Of a stretch of DNA of 64,000 nt, positions 1-11,074 are shown one piece after another. Position 1 is the first letter of the stretch. Every line of letters starts with the position of its first letter. The notes under the pieces were generated by a model that did not search any database, had not been told where the DNA came from, and saw nothing but the letters and a program-made list of their open reading frames with translations. The DNA is from Lepidodermella squamata (Eukaryota > Animalia > Gastrotricha): contig JBLDXI010000024.1 in the NCBI GenBank assembly GCA_047495785.1, positions 4,092,001-4,156,000 of the forward strand. The letters are read 5' to 3'. A program made the position numbers and the translations under genes.

Positions 1-1099
1 AGAGGTAGTCTCGCTGTCTGGGGCCTTCTTCATCAACTTCACAATCGACTGCTTGGCTGAATCAGCTGTTAAGTACAACGCTACTCGCTCCGTTCCTTCA
101 TTTGGTATGATAAACAACGCTGAGGACTACTGGCGGCCACCGCTTACTTTCATGACCAGCCGTGATGACCTCGGACTCACCCAAACTGTGCACCCTATGT
201 ATCTGGTGTATCCATTCCAGGGTATTCTAGTTTACTCTCTGGCTGGAATTTTCACGCTGCGATGCCCTATGGTATTTGAAACGTAAGTTTACGGCTGAAG
301 TATCAGGTTATGACGCCGCTATATTGATAGAGGATGATACTTGATATTTAACTGAATTCATTGCCTAAGAATGAGGAGAAGCCCAACAGTTGCCTGAAAG
401 CTCAGCATTAAATAGTCCACAAATTTTACTATTGTTGATGCATTCTTTCCTAAAAGGTTCCCATTCGACGTTCAAACATGCAAAGTCAAATTCGCACTGT
501 GGCTACCCAGCAGCGTAGTCTCTCTTAAAACACACGGACTGACTTTTATATCTGGCCGAGAGCATTTTTTGAGTGTAAATTCTGGTTGGAAGCTTTTGAA
601 TGCTTCTAGCGAATCTTACATCGAGTCTAAGCCGCCATTAAGCCGCTATACGCTTCTCACGACATTCACCATTAAGCGTCGCCCAGACTACTTTATTCTA
701 AACATAATCCTACCGTGCTACTTTTTGACTGCAGCCGAGCTGGTAACATTTTTCATGCCGATGGAGGATTCAGGGCGAGCAAGTTATGCAGTGACTATTC
801 TTCTGAGCTTCACCGTCATTCAAGCTCAGGTTCAGTCCAACATTCCTAGGACTCCGGAGAACATTCTAATAAACGATGTAATTCAAGCCGAATCGATCTC
901 AGCCCTGTTGGTGACAATTTACGCTGGCTTGACGTGCGCGTGGTACAACTCGTGCAGTGAAACGGCAGAAAAAGTGAGAACTGTTTTCCGCTGGAAAATT
1001 CGAATTTGCCGTCTGGTGGATTTAATCGCGGGTTTAACTCTGTCTGTAATTTTAATTTTTGTCAATGTGATAGCCGGGTCGCTAATTTATGCAGGATAA
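1..1099 (+). CDS. Cys-loop ligand-gated ion channel subunit (nAChR-like, non-alpha), 5'-truncated by the window; exons <1-282 and 457-1099
   Basis: Removing the GT-AG intron 283-456 restores the Cys-loop C-PMVFETFPFDVQT-C (13 residues between the Cys). It is followed by pre-M1 IKRRPDYFILNIILPC and four hydrophobic segments. Confidence 0.9.
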
Positions 1100-1731
1100 T
1101 ATTGAAAAATGATTGCTGTCCTGGTGATTGGATGCTTTTTATGAAAATTATTTTTCATTCTTGAACGAAATGAGCGAATAATAAATATTTAAGGTTTGAT
1201 ACCTCGAACTGAGACAAAGTTGAGGCCAGCTATATCGAAAAGGATTCAAGTTGAAGTAGCACCTCGGCGCGGCATCGATTTGACAATGGCAAACACTACA
1301 CGGCGCTAAAGAGGGTTCTCGTCTTGGGATGCGGCATAAGTATGTCACCGCGAATCAGCTTTCGATATCAGCCTAGTACCACCGCTCACCGATAATCACT
1401 ATCGAAACTTCATCAAATATTAAAGCAGTGCCATCTCCAAGCTCAATTTCTGCTGATAATTGGCTGCCATTGTTTAACAACACATTTTTTGTATAATGAA
1501 GATGATTTGAGGCTTGCTATGTGCTTGATAATTTACGCGAATTCGATGCACACAGCCATTACGATTTATACTTCGAAAACTTTAAACTTCTATACTTTAC
1601 CGTAAATACCGAATTAGTTTACAGTTCCGTCTAATTATAAATAAACGTCTCAGCGATTAAACCTAATATTCTGGACTCGCAGTATTATTATATTCTCAAG
1701 CCCTGGGGAACAGATGAAAGAAGTACTCATA

Positions 1732-1899
1732 CAGGGTGGCCAAAAAAGTTCCCAGGCGAATTCTATGCGCATCATTTTGATGAGAAGTTTCAAGAAGTTG
1801 AGTAGTTCCATTGGCAAAAGTAAGCTTCAACTTCTTAAGACTCCACATTAAATTGATGCGCATCGAATTCGCCTTCTGCGGAATTTTTTGGCCACCCTG
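1732..1899. mobile_element. Tc1/mariner-type MITE (168 bp)
   Basis: TIRs CAGGGTGGCCAAAAAA...GGCGAATTC and GAATTCGCC...TTTTTTGGCCACCCTG, with TA on both sides. Confidence 0.85.
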
Positions 1900-2679
1900 T
1901 AATGTTACAACTTGGGATTCAGCTGAATGTGAGACCGTCAGCAAAAAGAGGCACAAAATTTCAAACAAAGGTTTTATATTGCGTGATTGAAAACGCATTG
2001 CCTTCGGAGCTCGGACTCGTATTAACTATTCATTACTTTTCTCGCGGACGGTTTCATATCATGCTATTACTCTACCTCGGAAATCCATTTTCGTTGGTAG
2101 TCCTATCACTCGGAAGTTATTAATTTCCGATTGGCGTCGCCGCCTGCGTCAACCTCATTGTCTAGTAGACTCGGAGCAATGTTAGATGATATAGATTACA
2201 TAATTCCGATACCTGCCTATGTGTACTCCAAGATCGTCAGATAATTCACCGAATAACATTTCGGAGAATATAGCATGAAAACATTGGAATAATGCTTTTC
2301 GCAGTTCAAAATCACATTAGAAGCTTAACGATTACGGGATTTTTACAGCTTTGGGTCATTTTGGGCATTGTTTGGTCTGGAATTAATACATATACGTAGG
2401 AACCCCTTGGACTTTGTATCGTTAAAACACGTGTGTTTAAACAGCAATATTTAAACAAGCACAACCATGTTGTTTACTTAATCATTTTTTCTAGGTCCGT
2501 ATCATAGAGCTAGCTATAAGACTTGATTATAGGTCGTTTAAAATTATGGCTTTAGGAGCTACGGTTATTTATTTACCGCTTCCTCAAGTCATCCTTTATT
2601 TTCAAATTTTCTCATTTTTTCAAGAAATCATTAACTCAATTAATTTGACTCCGTGACGTTGGCCGGAGGCTCTGAAACT

Positions 2680-3865
2680 ATGCTTCCATTATTCGTTGTT
2701 ATCATATTTAAGATGGCTACAATTTCTGCTGGGGATAGCAATTCGTCAACAGATGAAGATTTCACGCCACTGCTATTCAAAGACTGCAAGTTATTTCCCA
2801 GCGCCATATCGCCGAATTTAGCCAATCCTGGATATCCGGTTAATGTCGAGAGCTTACTTTCATTAGACACGCTAGTCGACATCAACGAAGTTGAGGAACT
2901 TGCCGAGTTAACAGGCGCTATTTTTCTTACTTTCCGTCTCGACTGCCTTGCGGAATCAGCCTTAAGGTTAAACAAAACCTATGCTATTCCAACTTCTGGT
3001 GTTATTATGAATATCAACGACTATTGGCGACCACCGATCACATTCATGAACAGTCGAAATGACTACGGACTTACTCAGAGTGTCTACGCAGCAGCTTCAA
3101 TATACCCGTTTCTTGGCATTGTCGCATATACATATGGCGGATATTTTACACCAAGATGTCTCATGAAGTTTGAATCGTGAGTTTTAGAGCCAATACGAGT
3201 ATACTAAACCTGAAGCTGTTTCTCTTTTTAGATTTCCATTCGATAGCCAAACCTGTGAAATCAGCCTAGGATTATGGCTAACTAAAAGTGCAGTCAATGT
3301 CACTAAGCACAGCTACAATTTTGTTAATGGTCCCGCCAGGTTCATATCGCCGAATTTAGGCTGGAGACTTGTGAATGCATCCAGTGAAATGAATTTTCGC
3401 TCGCTCTCTGGTGTCAGCTATTTTAGAATGACAACGACGTTCACGATTAAGCGCCGGCCTGATTACTATATTTTCAATCTCATTCTACCATGCTTCGTTC
3501 TGACTGCTGCCCAGTTCGTGACATTCTGCATGCCTCCTGATGCCCCGGAACGTGCGAGCTACGCTGTAACGATTCTACTGAGTTTCACGGTCATCCAATC
3601 CCAGATCCAGTCAAATATTCCAAAAACCCCAGTCAACATTTTGATGAACGACGTGATACAGGCGGAATCAATCTCAGCCCTTCTTGTTACCTTTTACGCA
3701 GGTATCACCTGTGCATTCTACCATTCTTCTCACAAAAGAGCCAAGCGCACATTTCAGATCTTCTCGAGAAAAATCCAACTGTGCCGCCTGATTGATTTGA
3801 TCTCGGCGTTAATTCTCTTAACCATTTTGATCATTATAAATACAACTGCTGCATTATTAATTTAA
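2680..3865 (+). CDS. Cys-loop ligand-gated ion channel subunit, tandem paralogue, about 376 aa; exons 2680-3176 and 3232-3865
   Basis: Signal-peptide-like N-terminus MLPLFVVIIFKMATISAG. The 55-bp intron 3177-3231 sits at the same position as in gene 1. Cys-loop CLMKFESFPFDSQTC; M1-M4 closely resemble gene 1. Confidence 0.9.
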
Positions 3866-4483
3866 GGACTAATTTCAACTTTGCAAACTACCGCTAAGGC
3901 TAAGTTATGCAGATTTATCTATTACGTGGGTCCAAAGACTGATATAGAGGCCTGTGTGTCATACTAGTCATCATGCTGATGGCGATGCTTTATAGGTGTG
4001 TGCTTTATTTCTGTATTGATGGTGTCTGTTTCGAAATAAAACATATGAATGTTGACGTGGCAGTGATTTAGGCCCTTTCCTTTTTGAGCATCAAAGGAAT
4101 GCTTCACCAGTTGATGGTTGCGCTAGCTCATTGCGTCTCTTGGTTGCGCAGCACTTATTTTCTTTGACAAACATTTGAAGAAGGTTTGGAATCAGAACCT
4201 TTATATCTAAATTGGTCCATTTCGCTCATCGATTCGTTAGAACTTGCTGAAATTGGATAACTTGAAGGATAACTTTGGATTATGATGAATGAGTCTATGA
4301 TACCGAATTCGAGCATATTAAACTAAAGAAAAAGAAAAATGTATCGCACCAGAGGTTGTTTTCATTGGCACTTCATGTCTATTCGAAGTTAGCCGCGGTG
4401 ATATCAGTTGACGGTAGCGAAGCACGAAGCAACATGGATCTTTACTGCCACTTGTTAAAGATTTGAATTGTTTCATTGAATTT

Positions 4484-4601
4484 CGCTTCTCTTCGAAGGA
4501 GAAGCCCAAGAAATCGCCCGAAGGCTCATTGAATGTTCCCACGCACGGAAATCTTTAGTAAAAGGCGAAAGATTTGTACGTTTTGCGCGGAAACCAGAGT
4601 A
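4484..4601 (-). ncRNA. U5: U5 spliceosomal snRNA (copy 1)
   Basis: Minus strand reads ACTCTGGTTTCC...AAATCTTTC-GCCTTTTAC-TAAAGATTTCCGTG, containing the invariant U5 loop I. A Sm-like site GATTTCTTGG and a 3' hairpin follow. Confidence 0.93.
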
Positions 4602-5040
4602 CTGACCATATATTACTTTCCTCACTGCTTTTTCAAGCAAACATATTCACTTTTATCCTTATCATTAGCCTATGCCCGTGTTCAAAAGAGGAAAAATGGT
4701 AAACCCCGCATGTGAATCTAGTGAGACTCGAACCCAGAATCTGCATGATGTCAAGAAATTTGAAGTGAATGCCACCATGCAGTCGGATAGAATAAAGCTA
4801 ATGTTTTCTGTTAAAAAAACAGATACCCAATACGGGAAATTTTTCACAATGTTTGCCTCCTATCAGACTGTTCAAAGCTGGCAATGTCTAATGATTAGAT
4901 CATCAGATCATGTCGCCAATCACCGAGGAAAAGTGAAAATGTTTCACATCTGGGACTCGAAAAGGATAAGAACGCAATTACAGGATGAAATCATTAATTT
5001 ATTGTCACAATTCTTCATGCAAAACTTCTTTTCAAAGGTG

Positions 5041-6300
5041 TTATCGAAGCAGCAATGCTGCGACTGTGATGAAAAACCCTGGAAAGACAACCGATGCACC
5101 ATTCGTTGTCGTTTTGAAAGTTGGCGATACTTGTGTCGTAGTCGTGGGAACCTCGACGTAATCAGCCTTGAACGCGTAAATGTAGCGATTATCAGTAAGG
5201 GCATAAATGATGCCGTCACTGAAAATCGTATCATAACCAAACGCCAAATCTTGACTCGCCATAATATTCCCGGTTTTCTTATCCAAAATCACAATCTGCG
5301 AAACAGTTCGAACAATCAATACGTCATCCAATACAATCGGGCGACCAAAGACTTCAGCATTGCTAGACACCGTGAAAGTGTCTACCATTTTGCCATTCGA
5401 AGCGTCGTAGACCAAAATTTGCTTGCCACAAGGCCGGTAGATTCGACTGCCACCAGTCGCAACCTCCATAGTACAGCTTGATACTGAAGTTGACGAAGAA
5501 GTCCACGCGATTTGCTTAGTATTGATGTCATACGCAGTCATTTCACGCTGAGATGATTGCACCAGCGCCAGATTATCGTTCACAATTGTGATGGGACCAG
5601 TTGAGTCGTACGGCATCTCCGCGGCCTGCCACAACCGCTCACCGGTGAAGCCATCGAACTGGACCAGAGAGCTGTTGACGGTGAAGCTGATGATCCGTTC
5701 GTCACTCGCGACTGTGAAAGACCTCGGGTACGCATCCTGAGCGGTTTGGAACTTGTCGACAGGTTCCCCGGTTAGCGACTTGACCGCGACCAATCCGCCC
5801 TTAACGTTGTCGTCGCAATACACCTGGCTGAGTTTGTTACTAGTGATACAGCCGGTGCCAATAGCGACTTTCTGTCTCCATAGCGTTTTCACATCGCCGA
5901 GAATTTCAAAAGCAAACATTTCCCCGGCAGTTTGGTCCAGGGCGTAGTAAGAGGCGTAAGCTTCGTCGAGCGCCAGGGGTCTCGTTATGGAAGTCGTGCC
6001 GTCTGCGAAAGCGAGAACCACCGAATTAACACCTCCTTTATCGTGTCGTTCCATTCTGCCGTTGCTGGAGATGAAGAGAATGTAGTCTTCATAGGCGTAC
6101 AGGCGGCTGTAGGAGTCGCATTCTTGAACTCGTTGGGTCCATTGTTGCGTGAGTTTGTTGACGTTGCCTAGGGTGTATTTCTTGTAGCCTGTATGCTGAT
6201 TGTCGCCACCGATGCCATTCCAATTGCCGTTTTTCGGCGAAGAGAGGCAGCCTGCAAAGGATGCGGCCAAGAGAATAGCTACTAATGTTGCACTTGCCAT
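5041..6300 (-). CDS. Intronless secreted or surface-anchored PQQ-like (BamB-type) beta-propeller protein, 419 aa
   Basis: Signal peptide; W-x-x-x-GGD-x-QHTG N-terminal motif; repeated blades (FDGFTGERLW, YDINTKQIAW, YDASNGKMV, LDKKTGNIM); Thr-rich stalk and hydrophobic C-terminus. Confidence 0.8.
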   Translation of the reverse strand: MASATLVAILLAASFAGCLSSPKNGNWNGIGGDNQHTGYKKYTLGNVNKLTQQWTQRVQECDSYSRLYAYEDYILFISSNGRMERHDKGGVNSVVLAFADGTTSITRPLALDEAYASYYALDQTAGEMFAFEILGDVKTLWRQKVAIGTGCITSNKLSQVYCDDNVKGGLVAVKSLTGEPVDKFQTAQDAYPRSFTVASDERIISFTVNSSLVQFDGFTGERLWQAAEMPYDSTGPITIVNDNLALVQSSQREMTAYDINTKQIAWTSSSTSVSSCTMEVATGGSRIYRPCGKQILVYDASNGKMVDTFTVSSNAEVFGRPIVLDDVLIVRTVSQIVILDKKTGNIMASQDLAFGYDTIFSDGIIYALTDNRYIYAFKADYVEVPTTTTQVSPTFKTTTNGASVVFPGFFITVAALLLR

Positions 6301-6825
6301 GGTGAATCGTGACGGAGAAGAAGGGAAAGGGACTCTTGAGACCAGAAAACACTTGTCTCTTCAAATTCCTACCATGGCTCGACGTAGGTGTAGCTGAATC
6401 AATGCCTGATTGTGCATAGAGTCCAACTTTTTGGACCTACAGGGTATTATAATATGTTGTTTGCTTATTCAACGCCTCGCCGTTTTTTTATCTTAACCGG
6501 GCATGTTGTAATTGCACTGAAACCTGGGCACGTGTGCATTTATAGAATTCGCGACGTTTTTACAGACTCGCTCTCAGGCTTATCACCTACCACCAACCTC
6601 CAACTGTTCACCCATCGAACGGCAAGAATACAGGACACGGGTGTCACAACGCCGACAAGCCTTATAGGGGAGTCCAAAATGCAAAACGAGGTTGAGTGAT
6701 TTGTGAAATCAAAATTCCTAACCTTTGACGCAATATCTTTCGGGGAATAGAAGAATTGGATGTAGGATTTTGCATGGTATATAAAGCCTATTGTGGTTGA
6801 AAATGGGAATTTGTTCATTGAATTT

Positions 6826-6944
6826 CGCTTCTCTTCGGAGGAGAAGCCCAAGAAATCGCCCGAAGGCTCATTGAATGTTCCCACGCACGGAAATCTTTAG
6901 TAAAAGGCGAAAGATTTGTACGTTTTGCGCGGAAACCAGAGTAT
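6826..6944 (-). ncRNA. U5: U5 spliceosomal snRNA (copy 2)
   Basis: Nearly identical to copy 1 (one substitution in the 3' hairpin loop); begins ATACTCTGGTTTC as in metazoan U5. Confidence 0.93.
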
Positions 6945-7073
6945 TAATATTTATTTTTTTATTCGCCGCATTTTTTGTTGAAATAATATATTCTCTGCGA
7001 TGTTATTAGCATATAGGCACAGAAATACTAGCAAGAAAAAAAAATATAAATAAAATAAATAAAATAAAAACTT

Positions 7074-7146
7074 TGACGCTGATGGGACTCGAACCCACAA
7101 TCTTCGGATCCGAAGTCCGACGCGATAGCCATTTCGCCACAGCGCC
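7074..7146 (-). tRNA. tRNA-Arg(TCG)
   Basis: Acceptor stem GGCGCTG/CAGCGTC, anticodon arm TCGGA-CT-TCG-GA-TCCGA, T-loop GGTTCGAGTCC, downstream T-run terminator. Confidence 0.92.
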
Positions 7147-7318
7147 CGTGTAAAACAGTAGGGTGTAAGGAGCTTATGTACACCTAAAATCGTATACCTT
7201 ATGTATACCCAAGCGAATGGCAGATGTGCACATTACGTTTAGCACTAGTGTGCCATATATCTAATATCAGAGCACGATTAGGTGTACATAAGCTCCTTAT
7301 ACCCTACTGTTTTACACG

Positions 7319-7365
7319 GGCGCTGTGGCGAAATGGCTATCGCGTCGGACTTAGGATCCGAAGAT
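7319..7365 (+). pseudogene. Truncated inverted tRNA-Arg(TCG) pseudogene (5' half only; anticodon changed to TAG)
   Basis: Copy of the 5' part of the 7074-7146 tRNA together with its upstream flank; no T-arm or B-box. Confidence 0.85.
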
Positions 7366-7847
7366 GACACACTAGTGCTAAACGTAATGTGCACATCTGC
7401 CATTCGTGGCTCTATCGCAGCTTTAATTATTTCAGACACAACACAAAGCAAATCATTTAAAATCCTGATTTTCGAATACTTTTACTCCCTCGCCGCCTGA
7501 AAATAACTAACATAGATTTAGCTAATTTGCTGGCAATTTCTCACCGTCATTTTTCATCTCGCTGGCGGATACATCAACAGAAAGCTTAAAACATTGGTGG
7601 AATTCAAGCACAATTATGAAGCCAACAGTATATTTATTGTTTGAGCCACACTACGCGGCGAACTCTCGAATTTCAGAGTTAGACAATCATGCAGTTCTCA
7701 TTTCCATCATCATGAATAACCGCTATCTGAACTAAATAGGCTGCATTCAAAATGAACAATTTGCTACAATATTTTGGTAATATACTGGAATGGGCATGAA
7801 TGCGCGCAATTAACAAAACGGGTGGTAGTCAGACTCATTTTCAGTTA

Positions 7848-7931
7848 GTCAGGATGGCCGAGCGGTCTAAGGCGCCAGACTCAAGATCTGGTCCTCGAAA
7901 GAGGGCGTGGGTTCGAACCCCACTTCTGACA
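7848..7931 (+). tRNA. tRNA-Leu(CAA), intronless
   Basis: GTCAGGATGGCCGAGCGGTCTAAGGCG, anticodon arm CCAGA-CT-CAA-GA-TCTGG, long variable arm, GGTTCGAACCC, downstream T-run. Confidence 0.95.
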
Positions 7932-8155
7932 TACCTTTTTCGCTCTTTTTATTTTTTTTATTTTCATTTTATTTTTGCATCACGCTAAAATAAAATGCTG
8001 ATGTTATTTCACTTCCGGCATATTTTTACTGCATTATTTGCTATGAATTTCGCACAAAACGAATTATAGCGCTATAAGTCGAGTACGAGCACACGTAATA
8101 TTTTTTGCATGAGGGTTGGGTTGGTAGTAATAATATCTAGGTTCTTAATCATAGC

Positions 8156-8228
8156 GGGGTTGTGGCGCAATGGACAACGCGTCTGACTACGGATCAGAAG
8201 ATTCCAGGTTCGACTCCTGGCAGCCTCG
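8156..8228 (+). tRNA. tRNA-Arg(ACG)
   Basis: Acceptor stem GGGGTTG/CAGCCTC, anticodon arm TCTGA-CT-ACG-GA-TCAGA, GGTTCGACTCC, downstream T-run. Confidence 0.95.
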
Positions 8229-8595
8229 AATATTTTTTCCGTTTCCATTTTTTTTATTTCATATTATGTATTTTTTATTTTGTACTCGCTTCTTGTCAAC
8301 CTATTGTGATATTGATCCCAGCGTTGATCCATGAGCGCAGGGAAATATTTTTAAGCTTCGCTGCGCGCGCGTAAAAAATTGCATTTTTTAATTTGCGAAT
8401 TGGAAACAGAAAATTATTGAAGCTCTTGAATTTCATCTGTTATCAACTATGTATTTCTGATTATTTTTCGATTTTTAAGTGGTCATTCCTTATTATACTG
8501 ATTTTGTTGTTGATCATGGGCCGTCCTTTGGTTATTGCGTAGAAAATTCACGTGAGTCTGCGTTTCCCAACTTTTCTACGTCATTTGGCAAAGCC

Positions 8596-8608
8596 GTTGC
8601 CTAGCAAC
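8596..8608. promoter_or_regulatory. RFX X-box (GTTGCCTAGCAAC) upstream of FAM221B
   Basis: Matches the palindromic X-box consensus of ciliary genes; about 570 bp upstream of the FAM221B ATG. Confidence 0.6.
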
Positions 8609-9175
8609 GCGCCGTACCTTGCGCGTCACAAGCTGTTCCACACGTGAATTGCGGCAATAGCGCAGTTTCATACACACAACTAGAAAGAATTTCCAATAAT
8701 AACTAGATGATGCATGTTTCCACAGTTGCGTTATATATTAGCATTTTCGTTATAATATGCCGTTAATAAAATATCGAGCGCGCATGCAAAAACGCAGCAC
8801 GACGCTTTGCATAGAGCGTGCGTGAACTTCTAGTGACCTCTATTTACCGCGCAATTCCAGCCTAGAAAAAATCCACCTGGAAGATCTTTCATTTTTCTTT
8901 GAATAACTGTTAATAATGTTGAATCTATACCTACCTCAAATTTCACCTAGACGTAGGCTAATAAATTCTTCCTATTAGCAAACCTTACCCCGATTCTGGG
9001 CTTTCTATAGGTGAAAACCCCACCGAGATACTCCGGAATAATTCCAAAAATTCGAGTAAAAAAGTGAGCACTCTTGTGAAAATAATTCCATTATAATAGT
9101 AATTAATTTTAATTTGATATTTGATATTCAAATTGTTCCTATTAATTTTCTAGCGATTTTTTTATTTTTTTTAAT

Positions 9176-10583
9176 ATGAGCAATCCTGCTAAGCGAGGTT
9201 CCGATGCCGGTCCATTAGCTCGGAAACAGTCCATGCCAATGGCCCCGGCTCAGCCGGCCTCAAATAACGGCGCCAAAAGTGCCGTAGCGCGGCGCATGCC
9301 GAACGCCCAGCAAATGGCTAAAATCAGCCGTGAGGTGAAGCAGATGATCGACGGATCAACAGTTCGCCCCATCGTCCCGGCGAAACAGTACGATGTCATA
9401 TCGATGGCGCGTGCAATGAACCGTGACCAGTTTGCCGCGCGCGTTCAGCAGATATTCGAACCCGAGCGAGATGCGGCTCTGTTGGCTATGCAGACTGGCA
9501 TCTATGTGTCGTGGCGGTGTCCGGATCAGAATCACGACTGCCAACGGGTTGGGCTGAATGGGCGGTGCTTTTGTGGTCACCTTCTCGGCGAACACAAAGA
9601 ATGGGATGGTCATGCATTGGTAAATTTCGAATTTCGATTTATTTTTAATTTAAATAAATTTTCAAATTTTTGGAATATTTGTGGAATTATTTTTCCTATT
9701 GTTTGTCATTGTTTTAATTTTTATGAATTTTCAGTCTGTTCCGTGTAATTTTTGCGAATGTCGCGCCTTCGCCTGGGTGCCGTCTCGCCCGGAAGAAGTC
9801 GGCGAGTTTTGGCTGCGCCGCCGGCCTGATTTCGACGAATCAGCCTATCGGGCGAAGTGCAAGTGCAAACACACGCATGAACAGCACAACCCAAACGGCG
9901 ATCACCGGTGCCAGGCGAAAGGCTGCGCGCGTTGCGCCCACTTCGACTCGGCCTTTCTTTGCGCAGCGTGCGACCGTCATTGGCAGGTAACAATATATAA
10001 ATTAAAACTTTTCTTTTCACTGTTTTTTTCACTCGTAGGGTAAAATAAGTGATCGAGATGAATACATTATTAGCCAATTAGCCAAAGGTTCAGATAGTTA
10101 ACATGGGGTGGGAAGGGAGATGTCCGAAATTAGGTCACAATTAGGCTCTATTGTCGTTAACCTAGAATCGATGGGAATTAATTTTAGGAAAATAAATTGT
10201 CTTGATCCAGGTAAAATAATAATGTCCGAAACTAGGTCAAATAACCTTTTTATATTTTTTTGAATTTTCAGGTCCACGTGACTTTTTTCGAAAATGAAAT
10301 TATGCGGAGACGCGAGAATCGGGCTGTTGGCGACGATTATCTGCCCTTTGCCGAGGCTCCGGGCCTGAAACGCATCGTTCTAGGCGGTGAAGATCGAGGT
10401 TTCGACACCCTCGATGAAGCACTGAATGACAAGTACGGGCCGCATTATCAGCAACAAATTGCTGGCCCAGGTCATCAACAGCGAGCTATTCGAGGTCCGA
10501 ATATTGCTGCTTTGGAAGCTCCTCCACCGCGGCATGTTCAACGCGGTAATAATTCGGACGCTTTTCCAGCGCCTCCTCGGTAG
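9176..10583 (+). CDS. FAM221B: FAM221B-like Cys/His-rich protein; exons 9176-9619, 9735-9986, 10272-10583
   Basis: Motifs AMQTGIYVSWRCP, RCFCGHLLGEH, PSRPEEVGEFW, CKCKHTHEQH, FLCAACDRHW and YLPFAE match FAM221B. Both GT-AG introns keep the frame. Confidence 0.88.
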
Positions 10584-11074
10584 TAGACAATTGACGTTCC
10601 AGTTGAATGAAACTTTTTCTAGTCCCGAAGACACCTTTTATCCTCCTTACCTTTCATATTACACCAACTCAACTTGCCATCATTTTTTCCGAGTAAATGT
10701 TCTTAATTATTCGAGGATGATTTATTCCGAAAATTCCGGCGAAAAATCATTCCGCTATTTCTGTGATAAATCTTGTTTTTACGCGGCGGACATCTTCGAA
10801 TACATAAATTTCGATTAACATACTTCCCTGATTGGCGTGTAAAAATAACAATAATTCTTATTTACTGATGGTCATTTTGCATTTTGGAAAAAAGTAGCAT
10901 TCGAATAAAATGGTGTGTGAGACTGTTATTAGCGTCATTTCCAGCCGAACATATGCCAATTGTAGGCGGCAATAACTGTCATCTTGCAGACGCCTTGGCA
11001 GGGTTTTTAAAGCTGGCAGCGGCGATATTTCTCAGTCTGTGAAATCGTAGAAATTAAATTTTTTCGGCGCAGAA

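Noticed and set aside
4672-5481. 269-aa plus-strand ORF
   Set aside because: Mostly the antisense shadow of the PQQ-like gene and its 3' region; no recognisable motifs.
6945-7073. Dicistronic tRNA-Arg/U5 transcript
   Set aside because: A T-run Pol III terminator follows the tRNA directly, and U5 has its own PSE-like motif.
7319-7365. Anticodon-switched (Arg to Leu) functional tRNA or a genetic-code change
   Set aside because: The T-arm and 3' acceptor strand are missing, so it cannot be a functional tRNA.
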